From assembly GCA_965222225.1 (NCBI GenBank), contig CBDCTK010000002.1:3104001-3168000 (forward strand): a stretch of 64,000 nt of DNA, read 5' to 3'. The notes under the pieces are model-generated. The model was not told where the DNA came from. It saw only the letters and a program-made list of their open reading frames with translations, and searched no databases. This DNA comes from Candidatus Poribacteria bacterium. Lineage in GTDB: Bacteria; Poribacteria; WGA-4E; JAJDTR01. Positions 29,819 through 39,846 of the stretch are shown here, one piece after another (position 1 is the first letter of the stretch; every line of letters begins with the position of its first letter). A program made the position numbers and the translations under genes.

Positions 29819-31018
29819 TTACTGCAACGACGGGCCCTGTTCACGGTAAGTCGGCGGCTTTGGCGTCAGCCATTCCACGATGGCGTCTTTCACGGTGAAG
29901 GCGAAGAAGTGATTGCCTCTGGGGTTGTAATGGCCGATGTAATAACGGTCGACATATTCCTCCGGAGAGCAGTGGAAATGTTTGAAATCTTCGACATGTG
30001 CCTGGAGAGAATCGAAGAAGCGAAACTCCTTTTCGTTCAGGTAATTGATCAATATCTGGTCAAAGCGTTGGCGTTCTTGACAGGCGTGAATAACGTCCGG
30101 CGCCGGATAGCTCAATAGAACCATGAACTCCTTTGCATCTGCTGCTGCGAAAGCCCGAGCCTTGTCTACAATATACATACTTGAATGCAATGCACACGTT
30201 TGAAGTAAACTGCGTGCAGTTGCGGAGGTGGCTTCTGGTGAACTGAAGTCCGTGGATATCTCCAACGCATCAGCATTCGTTTGCAATACTTCAAGGTTGA
30301 GGTCAGTTGCCCCCTGTTGTGCAAGGCGAGCTTGAACGTCAAAGTCATCTTTGAAAGTTTGATAGATGTGCTCGCTGTCGCAGAGGTAGTAAAGCGACTC
30401 GGGCGTCGGATAGGGGTTTTCACATTCTTCAAATTTCGCAGTCTCCGGATTCAAACGTACATGCGCCCACGGGTTGGCGTTAAACAAAAATGCCGTGGTT
30501 TCTGATAAGGCGCTCCTTTGAAAAAGCTGTGAGCTTCCTGGCAAATGAAGCATTCGCCACTTGTAGATGCTTCGAAAATGATCGTCTGAAAAAATGTTGA
30601 GCACGAGGTATTTGGCTGACGCATTGGTCTTTTCCTCCCGACGCATCCGTCTGTAGGCTTGATAGACTCCGTGGCCGCCGACCCCAAAATTGCGAATCGG
30701 TTCGCCAAGGTGGGCGGCGAGATACTCTTGCCAGGTTTCGCCATCACTGACCTGATCGCATTGTGTAAAACTATCTCCATACGTGTTTATCCGACAGGGC
30801 TGATCCGCGAAGTTTAAGGTCAACCGCTCACCGAATACGCCATAGCGAGATATGGTGTGGCTTTCGTCGATACCGTCCTTAAGCACAGAGTTCTTACAAA
30901 TATACCCCAACTCCGGGTCAAAAGCATTGCAGTTGTGGGCACCAGCATCGAGAAACCTGTCGATGTGTTCCCGTGTCAATGTTGATGCTTCTAAAAATTC
31001 GCGTGTTGTGATGCTCAT
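29819..31018 (-). CDS. Conserved hypothetical protein with SGNH-hydrolase-like motifs
   Basis: 'YGDSFT', 'NFGVGGHG' and C-terminal 'GHYNPRGN'. Confidence 0.65.
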   Translation of the reverse strand: MSITTREFLEASTLTREHIDRFLDAGAHNCNAFDPELGYICKNSVLKDGIDESHTISRYGVFGERLTLNFADQPCRINTYGDSFTQCDQVSDGETWQEYLAAHLGEPIRNFGVGGHGVYQAYRRMRREEKTNASAKYLVLNIFSDDHFRSIYKWRMLHLPGSSQLFQRSALSETTAFLFNANPWAHVRLNPETAKFEECENPYPTPESLYYLCDSEHIYQTFKDDFDVQARLAQQGATDLNLEVLQTNADALEISTDFSSPEATSATARSLLQTCALHSSMYIVDKARAFAAADAKEFMVLLSYPAPDVIHACQERQRFDQILINYLNEKEFRFFDSLQAHVEDFKHFHCSPEEYVDRYYIGHYNPRGNHFFAFTVKDAIVEWLTPKPPTYREQGPSLQ

Positions 31019-31499
31019 ATTCGTTATTTTCCCTTCAGGCCAAAGCGATCTCAATAAAGTAGCGAATGACAAACGGATAGACCAACTCGGATGCTCAATG
31101 CCCTGTCCGGATTCTCGCTACTTCCGAGGCCAATTTCCCGTATTCCCCACGAACGGCTTCTGACTTATACCTCGATCTTAACATCAAGGCTGATAGCTCA
31201 AGTCGCCCCAAAGACGACTAAAACCACCTCTTCTGTGGGCTTTCAACCTACGTGGACTATGATGCTGAACTTCAACTCAAGGCGGAAATGGCGTCATCAT
31301 GGGCATTTGTGCCCAAGTGTCTACCTCCTGAACAAACCAGGGGCTGGATATTTTAAGCGAAACCAAATCGGTCACCGGGTCACTCGGTCAGACTCTTTTG
31401 TGACTCTGTTCACCAGACGAGAATGCCCCCGAAATGAAATGGTCTTGCGACATCTTGACGAGAAAAAACTCCTCTAGACGCGGGATCCGAGACTGGTAC

Positions 31500-31790
31500 G
31501 GCAGATTATCCACTAGTCTTCAAGCCTTCGTGTAAAATTGCCGGTTCTTCGCTAGGGAAGACCGGTAGTTGTTCACCATCTGAGTACAGAATACTTCCAC
31601 AGCCTCGGGCGTGTCGAGATTGGCGTGATAAACCAGTTCCATCATGCGACGACGGGTACCGCAGCGAAAGACGCGCGCTAGAGTTGCAACTTGGAGACTT
31701 GGGTATGCTCTGGCCCGGACTCAAAGACGTACGCCGGTTGTTTTTCGTGGAACTCCAAAGACCGGTTTGGTATCTGCTGTTATGTTGTTT
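31500..31790 (-). pseudogene. C-terminal remnant of a PhyH-family gene
   Basis: Shifted frames read 'PAYVFESGP..L*RASF' and 'RRRMMELVYHANLDTPEA', matching the C-termini of 24221 and 25155. Confidence 0.5.
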
Positions 31791-31794
31791 TGGA

Positions 31795-32186
31795 TCCGCT
31801 GGGAAGCTTAGGAAGCGGTAGCTCGGGAACCGGGGACTGAGCCGCCCATATCGAAAAGAACTGGGCACCCATCTCGGCAGCCAGATCTATGCTCTGCCTC
31901 GCCTACTCGATTCCCCTTCTGCGCGCCTCCTCATTAGTGCTGGCAATGTCCCGAACCTCTCGACTATGGTTATAGGCCCGGGCGCCCAATAACTCCGGCA
32001 CGTCCAGTCCAACTGTTTCTAGGATGGGGCGCAGAACGTTCGCATCCATTTCTTCGGATTGCCGTGCAGGTCGGCGGCGTTAAACCCGGCGTCCTTGATG
32101 GTTTGTAACGTGTCACGCGAATTTTCAAGGACATCGCAGCCGAGGAATGCGAAGATATCGAATACGACGGTGTACTTGAAACTCAT
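31795..32186 (-). pseudogene. Sugar-phosphate isomerase/epimerase (TIM barrel) 5' fragment with a frameshift and a stop
   Basis: GGAGAG RBS; 'MSFKY...IKDAGF' then a shifted frame 'EEARRRGIE*ARQSIDLAAEMGA'. Confidence 0.7.
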
Positions 32187-32270
32187 TACACTCTCCCCAT
32201 GTTTCTGGCTGGTACCTGAATAATTTTGACAACTTGATACAAGCTAAGGCCTCACATCGGCCCTGACGCT

Positions 32271-33047
32271 TCATCCACTAAACAGGTGTTCAACCGAAGC
32301 CAATTGAACGCGGGCCGCATCTACGATTAAGTTGTAATCGGTGGCGTAGCATAGAAATGTAAATCCCTGCGCAATCCGCTGGCGCACTTCCTCAGGCGTT
32401 CCGCAATGGTACCCAATAGCGACTCCGTTCTTTCGGCCGGCAGCCAATGCTCGCTCAAGCGCGGCCTCGTTCTCCGGAAGCGGATCCGGCTGCATCGGGT
32501 CCACTCCCAAGGACAAGCTCAGGTCAAATCGGCCTCCGTAAAGTACGTCAACACCGGGCACAGCCGTGATCGCTTCCACGTTTTCCACAGCCTCCTTGGT
32601 CTCTAGTATTAACGCCACGAGGATGTTGTCATTCGCACGTCTGAAATAGTCCTCGTTATCGAGTGTGTACTGCGACGCTCGCAGCGCTCCAAAGCTGCGC
32701 GTACCATCTGGGGGGTAGCGCGTGGCATTGACAATGGCCTGCGCTTGGTCGGCTGTCTTCACCATTGGGACGAGAATCCCCATGGCCCCCGTGTCCAACG
32801 CCCGCTGAATGAAGACCGGTTCGGACGATGGGACGCGCACAATGGGAATTGTCTCGGTACCGTTCATGGCCATGAGCATGTGTTGAACCTGCGCGGAGTC
32901 CAGCGCGTTGTGTTCCATTTCAATAGACAACCAATGGTATCCCACGCGTGCCAGAAGCTCAGCGACGGTAGGACTTCCCAATCCCATAGTGCAACCAATG
33001 GTCGGGTGACCAGCATGCAATCTCTCGCGCACCCAGTTCGTTCTCAT
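32271..33047 (-). CDS. HpcH/HpaI aldolase family protein
   Basis: 'IEMEHN', 'RALDTGAMGILVPMV', 'RYPPDGTR', 'LETKEAVEN' and 'DLSLSLG'. Confidence 0.93.
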   Translation of the reverse strand: MRTNWVRERLHAGHPTIGCTMGLGSPTVAELLARVGYHWLSIEMEHNALDSAQVQHMLMAMNGTETIPIVRVPSSEPVFIQRALDTGAMGILVPMVKTADQAQAIVNATRYPPDGTRSFGALRASQYTLDNEDYFRRANDNILVALILETKEAVENVEAITAVPGVDVLYGGRFDLSLSLGVDPMQPDPLPENEAALERALAAGRKNGVAIGYHCGTPEEVRQRIAQGFTFLCYATDYNLIVDAARVQLASVEHLFSG

Positions 33048-33612
33048 GTTAGCGTTCCTCCTCAGATTTGCCTCGGGTTACTGCTTCTCAGCACCTACAG
33101 CCCGGACGGAGCCACGCCACGAAAATGAGTGACGGGCATAAATTAACTCGCAGACAGGTAAGCCACTGGTTGAACCGGTGGACAGGTAAAGGTTTGAGCC
33201 ACAGAATAAATAGTTGTTAAAATACCTTCTTAGCTTGACGGATAGATAACATCGAAAACTAAAGCGGAGAAGTGGATATTTTCTGCGAGTTGAGCACATC
33301 CGAGACCAAATTGTAAATCCTATGTGGTGTTTATACCTGAGAGTCGGCAGTGTACTATCATGTAACCCGCAGCAAACTCAGTGGCGGCTGCATGCGCTGT
33401 CTTGTGTGAACGTATTGAGAGCGGGGGAGAAAGCCGCCGCTGAGCACCGGGGCTCATCCCGTTTGCACCGCCGTTTCTGGGTGCTTGGCATTTTGGGTGG
33501 AAATCTTGTTTTCATGCCGGTTTATCACGCATTTAGGAATAGGATGTCATAGTAGTGATAGAACATCGAAGTGATATGCAACAACTCCAAGTTCTGTCTC
33601 GCGATACCTGTG

Positions 33613-35559
33613 TTACAGAATCCCAAATTTGTAGGTTGGCGTTTGAATGACGATGCTGAGCGCGCTCCAAAAACTTCCTACCACAAACTCGCCCAATATT
33701 AAACCCAAGAAAAATGGAACTGCTTTCCGATGTGATTGCAATCCTCCATATTTAAGAATTATCCATTTTGCCAAGAAGCTTATCACAAGACAGAACCAGA
33801 TGAAGTCTACTCCGTAATTAATGGAGATGGCATAACCTGCTGGATGAAATGGCCACCAGAGAAAGCGCATCCGCATGGCCATCAGTATCAAGGTGAAAAA
33901 GAATCCTAAAGCCATGAGGAGAACCGCCCTATAGTCTGTTCCCGAGGGATAAGACAACTGTTGATGCAAAGTACCGAAACTCTCCCAACCCGCGTAACTC
34001 ATTTGCACACCAAATTTGTAGGCCAGATGCAAAAAACTCGCGAAGCATGTGGGGATGGCAATGAGGGTTGCAAGTACCATTGCCGTCACGAGAATCGGCA
34101 TGCGTATGTTTGCTCTTTCACCTATCTTCAGGTTTTCCAAGTACTCCGGCATGGGATGACTCGAATAGGTACGGTTAAAAAACTGGAACAATGCAATGGC
34201 GGTCAGATTGAAGGGGCCTAATCGACGCGGGCCAAAGATATTAAACATGATTGGGCGTGCACTCACTCCCCATAGGTTGTGAAAGGGAGGTCCTACCTCG
34301 GCGCGTACTCGCGACAACGCAAGGAAGATCGCGTAGTCTATCGCGAAAAACAGGAGAATGACCCAAATCGACATTCCCATAGAGTAGCAAAACACAAATA
34401 TGAACAGCATTGCCGCTATCATTCCACCAAACGCCCACTTGTATTCCAACCCTTCAGCCCGGTCCTGTTCTGACCGAGGATGAAAGGTTTGCCGGAACAC
34501 TTTTGCAAAATGTCGCCGCGTGACCCAAACCGTTATAAGGGCAAAACCCAACCATGCACCTTGCGCCTGTTCATCGAAAATTGGCATGCCTGTCGTGCCA
34601 GTATTAAGAGCATAACCAAAAACTGCTGCCAATACCTGTATCGCCTTTCTAAAGAGAAAGAAAAACCAGAGGGAAAAAGATAGATCCAGGGGAAGGAAGA
34701 AACTCATGCCAACGAGAAAGGGAGAAAACGCCACCGCAGTCCATCCAATGGCATTCCATGGCTTATCTGTAAAAAAATGCCCTATTGGCGTCAATTTAAC
34801 GTGCAAGTATGGCACCCTAGGGAAGAAAAAGTTAAGGCCGTTCAACAAATCAATTCCGGCAGCGATGCTAAATCCAACCCACAGTAACTTCGCCGTGAAG
34901 ATTCCAGATTCTTTATTCGTAATTGCCAGCGGTAGTTGAACGATAGGATAGGCGAGTTTTTCATTTTCTGTCCACTGCTTTCGGACAATAATACATAGAC
35001 ATAGCATAACTAAAAGCAACGCCAGAATGAAAAGTGACCACCAGAACACCGGCACCAACCATGTGGACAAATGCGCGCGAGTGAAAAAGGCAGAATTGCC
35101 CTCGTAGTATCCGTGCAAAACCGTTTTATTTCTGATAGAAAGCCAAGTGGGAACATAAGGATGAATTGTCTGCGCCCACTCGTTTTCGGGCATCGCAAAC
35201 CAGAAGGCGTGAGGCATGAGCTGGACGAGAAGGGGCAAAAACTGACGGGCAGCGATTACAGATACCGCGCAAAGCATGCTGTAAATCGTCAGCAGTTCCC
35301 CTCGATTCAGCGCCTCGGACGGGATAAACCTTTGAAGTAATAGATTGATGAAGAGGACGACGCATAAACTGAAAACTGCGTTGAAAAACAGCGTTGCAGC
35401 GGTCGGATGTCCCGAGAACCATATACACTCTATTAGTATAATCCAGTAACAGTTGAGAGGTACCAAAACAAGCCCAATAGCGACAGCACGCCATCTAATT
35501 GCCCGAAATTCCGTTGGCATGGGGTGTTGCGGAAGGGATGCGGGTACATGATGGTCCAT
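33613..35559 (-). CDS. Polytopic membrane protein, DUF6785/DUF6784-like (putative transporter)
   Basis: Many hydrophobic segments; 'RKQWTENEKLAYPI', 'RVRAEVG', 'WWPFHPAGY' and 'PFFLGLILGE'; two paralogues in the window. Confidence 0.75.
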   Translation of the reverse strand: MDHHVPASLPQHPMPTEFRAIRWRAVAIGLVLVPLNCYWIILIECIWFSGHPTAATLFFNAVFSLCVVLFINLLLQRFIPSEALNRGELLTIYSMLCAVSVIAARQFLPLLVQLMPHAFWFAMPENEWAQTIHPYVPTWLSIRNKTVLHGYYEGNSAFFTRAHLSTWLVPVFWWSLFILALLLVMLCLCIIVRKQWTENEKLAYPIVQLPLAITNKESGIFTAKLLWVGFSIAAGIDLLNGLNFFFPRVPYLHVKLTPIGHFFTDKPWNAIGWTAVAFSPFLVGMSFFLPLDLSFSLWFFFLFRKAIQVLAAVFGYALNTGTTGMPIFDEQAQGAWLGFALITVWVTRRHFAKVFRQTFHPRSEQDRAEGLEYKWAFGGMIAAMLFIFVFCYSMGMSIWVILLFFAIDYAIFLALSRVRAEVGPPFHNLWGVSARPIMFNIFGPRRLGPFNLTAIALFQFFNRTYSSHPMPEYLENLKIGERANIRMPILVTAMVLATLIAIPTCFASFLHLAYKFGVQMSYAGWESFGTLHQQLSYPSGTDYRAVLLMALGFFFTLILMAMRMRFLWWPFHPAGYAISINYGVDFIWFCLVISFLAKWIILKYGGLQSHRKAVPFFLGLILGEFVVGSFWSALSIVIQTPTYKFGIL

Positions 35560-35880
35560 TTATTTATCCATTGACTTCACTAGTCTTGCACTCAGGTTGA
35601 GTCGTTCTCGTACATCCTCCTCGGCCTCACAATTAATACCGGTACATAGGCCGTCAGGTGCAACCTCTCAGCGCAGTGGTTCAATCTCCCAGGTCATACG
35701 TATACAAGTGCGCTTGCCCTTACTTTGGACGTGATTGAGAAGCGGAATCCACTGCATTATACCTTCTGTAACCCCCGCCCCCGATACCCATTGGATAGCA
35801 TCCCAATGGGGGCACTTTACCACTTCTATAAACTGAACTAAACAGTTGCTCCGAATTTAATGCCGCCCCGCATGGTAGAG

Positions 35881-35913
35881 AAAAAAAAGCCAGGAGGTCA
35901 AAAACCCCCTGGC
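35881..35913 (-). terminator. Rho-independent terminator after the LamG genes
   Basis: Minus strand GCCAGGGGGT-TTTTG-ACCTCCTGGC followed by T8. Confidence 0.8.
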
Positions 35914-35946
35914 CAAATAAACTCATGCAGATTGGCTGTGGTGAGG

Positions 35947-36762
35947 CTATCTTGATGCCTTTATTGCTCCCCAGGTGATAGCTAACTTATCCGCAGGTGC
36001 TACAGCAAGTCCCGATGCCCGATAGTTCCGTCGGATTTCCGCGTCACTGAGGGCGCGATCATAAATGGCGACTTCGTCGATGAGGCCGTCGTGAAACCTA
36101 AGTTTATCATGAAATCGAACCCCCAACCCGAGGATTGAGTCGTTGTCAGGAGTATATTTTCCTACGGGTGCGGTTTTCGGTGAGATGCGTTTACTTTCCC
36201 CGTTAACATATATCAGTGGATCGTTCTTGTCGCTAGAGGAATCGTAAACCATCGCCGCATGAAACCATTCTTCAATTTCATATTCGCCGGCGCGCGTATG
36301 CCAGGCGCCGTTCGTGCTATCAAAGTCAGCGTGGATATATAAAACATTGCCGCCGCCTTCCTTGCGATGCATCAATGTCCACTGGTTTTTGTCGCCGATT
36401 CTGCCTTGATCATTCTGCCCCAACGATTCTGAAAATAGCCAGGCCATAAATGTACCACCGCCATCAAAAATATTGGCTAGACTGTTTCTCTTTCCGCAAT
36501 TGACGCCATCTTGTGCCCCATCAAAGTTCAGGGCTTCACCGACTCTTCCCGGGCTTGGTTCTGGATCCCCTACTTCCGTGCAATCGTTAGGTCCAACAAC
36601 GTCCCTGATTCTTTTGCCCTTGATGGTATTGGCATCCAAAGACCAGTAGCTTACCAGTCCGTCTTCAACCAAAAATTGGGCATCTGCTTGATTCTTATAC
36701 CCGGCCAAAGTGATTATCATTGTCAGGACAAAAAGCCTCGCGAGATTCCTTCTAAAATCCAT
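35947..36762 (-). CDS. Secreted LamG/concanavalin A-like protein with C-terminal AVAPADKLAITWGAIK motif
   Basis: Signal peptide, 'GLVSYWSLD', 'GEALNFDG', 'WFHAAMVYD' and 'GLIDEVAIYDRALS'. Confidence 0.9.
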   Translation of the reverse strand: MDFRRNLARLFVLTMIITLAGYKNQADAQFLVEDGLVSYWSLDANTIKGKRIRDVVGPNDCTEVGDPEPSPGRVGEALNFDGAQDGVNCGKRNSLANIFDGGGTFMAWLFSESLGQNDQGRIGDKNQWTLMHRKEGGGNVLYIHADFDSTNGAWHTRAGEYEIEEWFHAAMVYDSSSDKNDPLIYVNGESKRISPKTAPVGKYTPDNDSILGLGVRFHDKLRFHDGLIDEVAIYDRALSDAEIRRNYRASGLAVAPADKLAITWGAIKASR

Positions 36763-36842
36763 TCCTTATCTCCTCGTGTCGTTCTAATAACCATTGCCTT
36801 ATCTCCTCGTGTCGTTTGGGCAATCTGCGTATGGTAGTGAGG

Positions 36843-37658
36843 CTATCTTGATGACTTTATTGCTCCCCAGGTGATAGCTAACGCATCCGCAGGGGCCACA
36901 GCAAGCCCCTCTGCCCGATAGTTCTCTCGGATTTCCGCGTCACTGAGGGCGCGATTATAAATGGCGACTTCGTCGATGAGGCCGTCGTGAAACCTCATTT
37001 TATCATGAAAACTCATCGCCAACCCGAAGATTGAGTCATTGTCAGGTGTATATTTTCCTACGGGGGCGGTTTTCGCTACTATGCGTTTACTTTCCCCGTT
37101 AACATATATCATTGGATCGTTCTTGACGCTAGAGGAATCGTAAACCATCGCCGCATGAAACCATTCTTCCAATTCATATTCGCCAGGGTGCGTATGCCAG
37201 GCACCGTTGGTGGCATCAAAGTCAGCATGGATATATAGTACGTTGCCGCGGCCTTCCTTGCGAAGCATCAGTGTCCATTGATTTTTGTCGCCGATTCTGC
37301 CTTCATCGTTCTGCCCCAACGATCTTGCAAATACCCAGGCCATAAATGTACCACCGCCATCAAAAATATTGGCTAGAGTGTTTCTGTTTCCGCAATTGGC
37401 GCCAGCTTTTCCCCCATCAAAGTTCAGGGCTTCACCGACTTTTCCCGGGCCTGGCTCTGGAGCCCTTACTCCCGTGCAATCGTTAGGTCCAGCAACGTCC
37501 CTGATTCTATTCCCGTTGATGGTATCGGCATCCAAAGACCAGTAGCTTACCAGTCCGTCTTGAACCAAAAATTGGGCATCTGCTTGATTCTTATACCCGG
37601 CCAAAGTGATTATCATTGTCAGGACAAAAAGCCTCGCGAGATTCCTTCTAAAATCCAT
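36843..37658 (-). CDS. Secreted LamG-like protein, tandem duplicate
   Basis: Same length as 35947-36762 (271 aa) with identical first 32 residues. Confidence 0.9.
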   Translation of the reverse strand: MDFRRNLARLFVLTMIITLAGYKNQADAQFLVQDGLVSYWSLDADTINGNRIRDVAGPNDCTGVRAPEPGPGKVGEALNFDGGKAGANCGNRNTLANIFDGGGTFMAWVFARSLGQNDEGRIGDKNQWTLMLRKEGRGNVLYIHADFDATNGAWHTHPGEYELEEWFHAAMVYDSSSVKNDPMIYVNGESKRIVAKTAPVGKYTPDNDSIFGLAMSFHDKMRFHDGLIDEVAIYNRALSDAEIRENYRAEGLAVAPADALAITWGAIKSSR

Positions 37659-37854
37659 TCCTTATCTCCTCGTGTCGTTTGGGCAATCAGAGTTCGGAGT
37701 CAAGGGCGATGAGAAACACCACCGGAAGTTTGAGTTTAAGTGGACAGTATAATTCATTTGGAAAAATCAAACTTTAGCTTTCGGACAATCGCGATAGCAA
37801 AAGTTGATATTATCCCAAAATGCTTTTGTGCTTGTAGGTAACCGTGCAATACAC

Positions 37855-38106
37855 CCCATAAGGATCAAGTTAAGCGTTTTAGGGTGCAAGTCACGCGGTT
37901 TTAATGACTTAAACTGTTAATCTCCATTTAGACTTGGCGAGGGAAAATCAACTCATTCATTAACAGGTCTACCGCGGAAGATGACTCATGGCGCTCGTTT
38001 CCGTAGGGGCGGTCCCGGTGCGGTTGGAAACCGCACCTACCGAAGGGGTTTGCGACGGAAAACCCCATCAATACTATACGAACTTCCTTAACTTGATCCC
38101 TATGGG
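37855..38106. mobile_element. MITE-like element with 20-bp inverted repeats, flanked by 18-bp direct repeats
   Basis: CCCATAAGGATCAAGTTAAG / CTTAACTTGATCCCTATGGG (19/20 match); AACCGTGCAATACACCCC at 37840-37857 and 38108-38125; internal REP GGTGCGGTTGGAAACCGCACCTAC. Confidence 0.72.
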
Positions 38107-38524
38107 CAACCGTGCAATACACCCCTGAGAAAGAATCGCACTAATATTGGCAAATAGTTCTTCAAGGAAGTTGCACTGCGACTGCATTCGAGCACTCTTG
38201 AGCAGTGGTTCGTGTCCCCAATTACGCAAAATTCACGCCGAAACCCTGTCGTGAACGATGTTTAGACGTTCCAAATGGCAATCGAAAAGGAGCAACTGGG
38301 CAGGGGTGGAAGGGGGAAACTCCCGTGCGATGACTGAATTGACCAATAAAGGAACAGCGATTGAATAACTTCTGCATCCCCTACCTTCTCTAAACTCATC
38401 CGTCTAGAGGAGGTAGGGGAAAATGCCCCGACATTGCTTTGCTTGGTCTCCAATCCGAACTCCCACTCGCTGCCGCACTTCAAACACGCTTGGTGTCTAC
38501 GTGGAAGCGGCTTGCGTCAATCAG

Positions 38525-38552
38525 GGGCCAGGGGATCAAAACCCCCTGGCCC
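38525..38552 (-). terminator. Hairpin downstream of the third LamG gene (homologue of the 35881 terminator, no poly-T)
   Basis: GGGCCAGGGG-ATCAAAAC-CCCCTGGCCC. Confidence 0.45.
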
Positions 38553-38583
38553 AAGAATGTAATGCGGATCGACAGTGTTGAGG

Positions 38584-39420
38584 CTATCTTCTTGCAGTCT
38601 TTACTGCTGCCCAAGTGATTGCCAGCTTATCCGCAGGGGCCACGGCAGTTGATCCCTCTAATCCCGCATAGTTCTGTCGCACTTCCGCCTCACTGAGGGC
38701 GCGATCATAAATGGCGACTTCGTCAATGATGCCGTCGAAGAACCTTTTCAAGTCATGAAAACGAATCCCAATCCCGAAAACCGACTCGGTGTCGTCCACA
38801 TATTCTCCTTCGGGTACGACTTTCACTGTTATCTCTTGACTTACCCCATTAATAAATACCATCGGATCGTTCTGGTCGCTAGAGGAATCGTAAACCATTG
38901 CCCCATGATACCATTCGTTAAATGCAAATGTGCCAACGGGCGAACGCCAAGCACCGTTGGTAGTGGTGAATGCAGCATGAACATATAAAATGTTGCCACG
39001 GCCTTCGAACCGATGCATCAATGTCCACTGGTCCTTGTCACCCAGTCTGCCTTGATCGTTCTGGCCCATACTCCGTGGATATGCCCATGCCATGAATGTA
39101 CCGCCACCATCAAAAATATTCGCCAGACTTGCATCGTTTCCGCACGTGACGCCATCTTCTATCCCATCATAGAGCAGGGCTTCACCGACCTTTCCTTCGA
39201 CTACCTCTAAGGCGCCTACCTGGCCGCATTGGTTAACTCCAACCAGGTCGTCGACCTTTCTGCCCTGAGTGTCCTTCTCATCAAAAGACCAATAGCTTAC
39301 TAGACCGTCTTTAACCAGGAAATCGGGCACTTGGGCATTGGCGGGATTCGTATGCCAGGCGAAAGTATTGATCATTGTCAGGACAACGAGCGTCGCGATA
39401 TTTCTTTTCGGGCTAAGCAT
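38584..39420 (-). CDS. Secreted LamG-like protein, third paralogue
   Basis: Same motifs; ends AVAPADKLAITWAAVK. Confidence 0.9.
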   Translation of the reverse strand: MLSPKRNIATLVVLTMINTFAWHTNPANAQVPDFLVKDGLVSYWSFDEKDTQGRKVDDLVGVNQCGQVGALEVVEGKVGEALLYDGIEDGVTCGNDASLANIFDGGGTFMAWAYPRSMGQNDQGRLGDKDQWTLMHRFEGRGNILYVHAAFTTTNGAWRSPVGTFAFNEWYHGAMVYDSSSDQNDPMVFINGVSQEITVKVVPEGEYVDDTESVFGIGIRFHDLKRFFDGIIDEVAIYDRALSEAEVRQNYAGLEGSTAVAPADKLAITWAAVKTARR

Positions 39421-39569
39421 TGCTTACCTCCTGTGCCGTTTAGGCAATCATTCGAATTTGACCGCTCTCGCGGCCATGAATAGGAACCGAGATCTGCGTT
39501 CCCTACATTTGCTGAGCAAAACCGCTTTTATCAAGGTGGAAATTCGGGTTAATTTAACAAAATCGTTGC

Positions 39570-39598
39570 ATTATAACAGTCTTCGAGAAAAAATGCAA
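39570..39598 (-). promoter_or_regulatory. Sigma70-type promoter for the LamG gene at 39420
   Basis: Minus strand TTGCAT-17 nt-TATAAT with an extended TG. Confidence 0.6.
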
Positions 39599-39846
39599 GT
39601 AAATTTCGATGCAATTTAGAGCCTGATTGAAACGTAGGTCGCTAGACAATTTTTTGTCCCGGTCGGGACAAAATCATTTGATCTTGAAGAAGTCTACCCT
39701 CAAATGGACATTCTCAACGAATTGATTCACTGTTGAATCAACCCAAGATTGACCTAGCTCCGTACGTTTCTGGTTCCAAATCGAGAATTGGTGTCATCAA
39801 TGTAGACACCGATTTACCCCACTTCTAGGGAGATATTCTCGATCAT

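Noticed and set aside
31091-31477. Possible group II intron fragment or ncRNA
   Set aside because: No proper domain V hairpin or reverse transcriptase remnant; only short REP-like hairpins are visible.
33613-36762. Co-transcription of the LamG genes with the DUF6785-like gene
   Set aside because: A strong rho-independent terminator at 35881-35913 and a gap of about 390 bp separate them.
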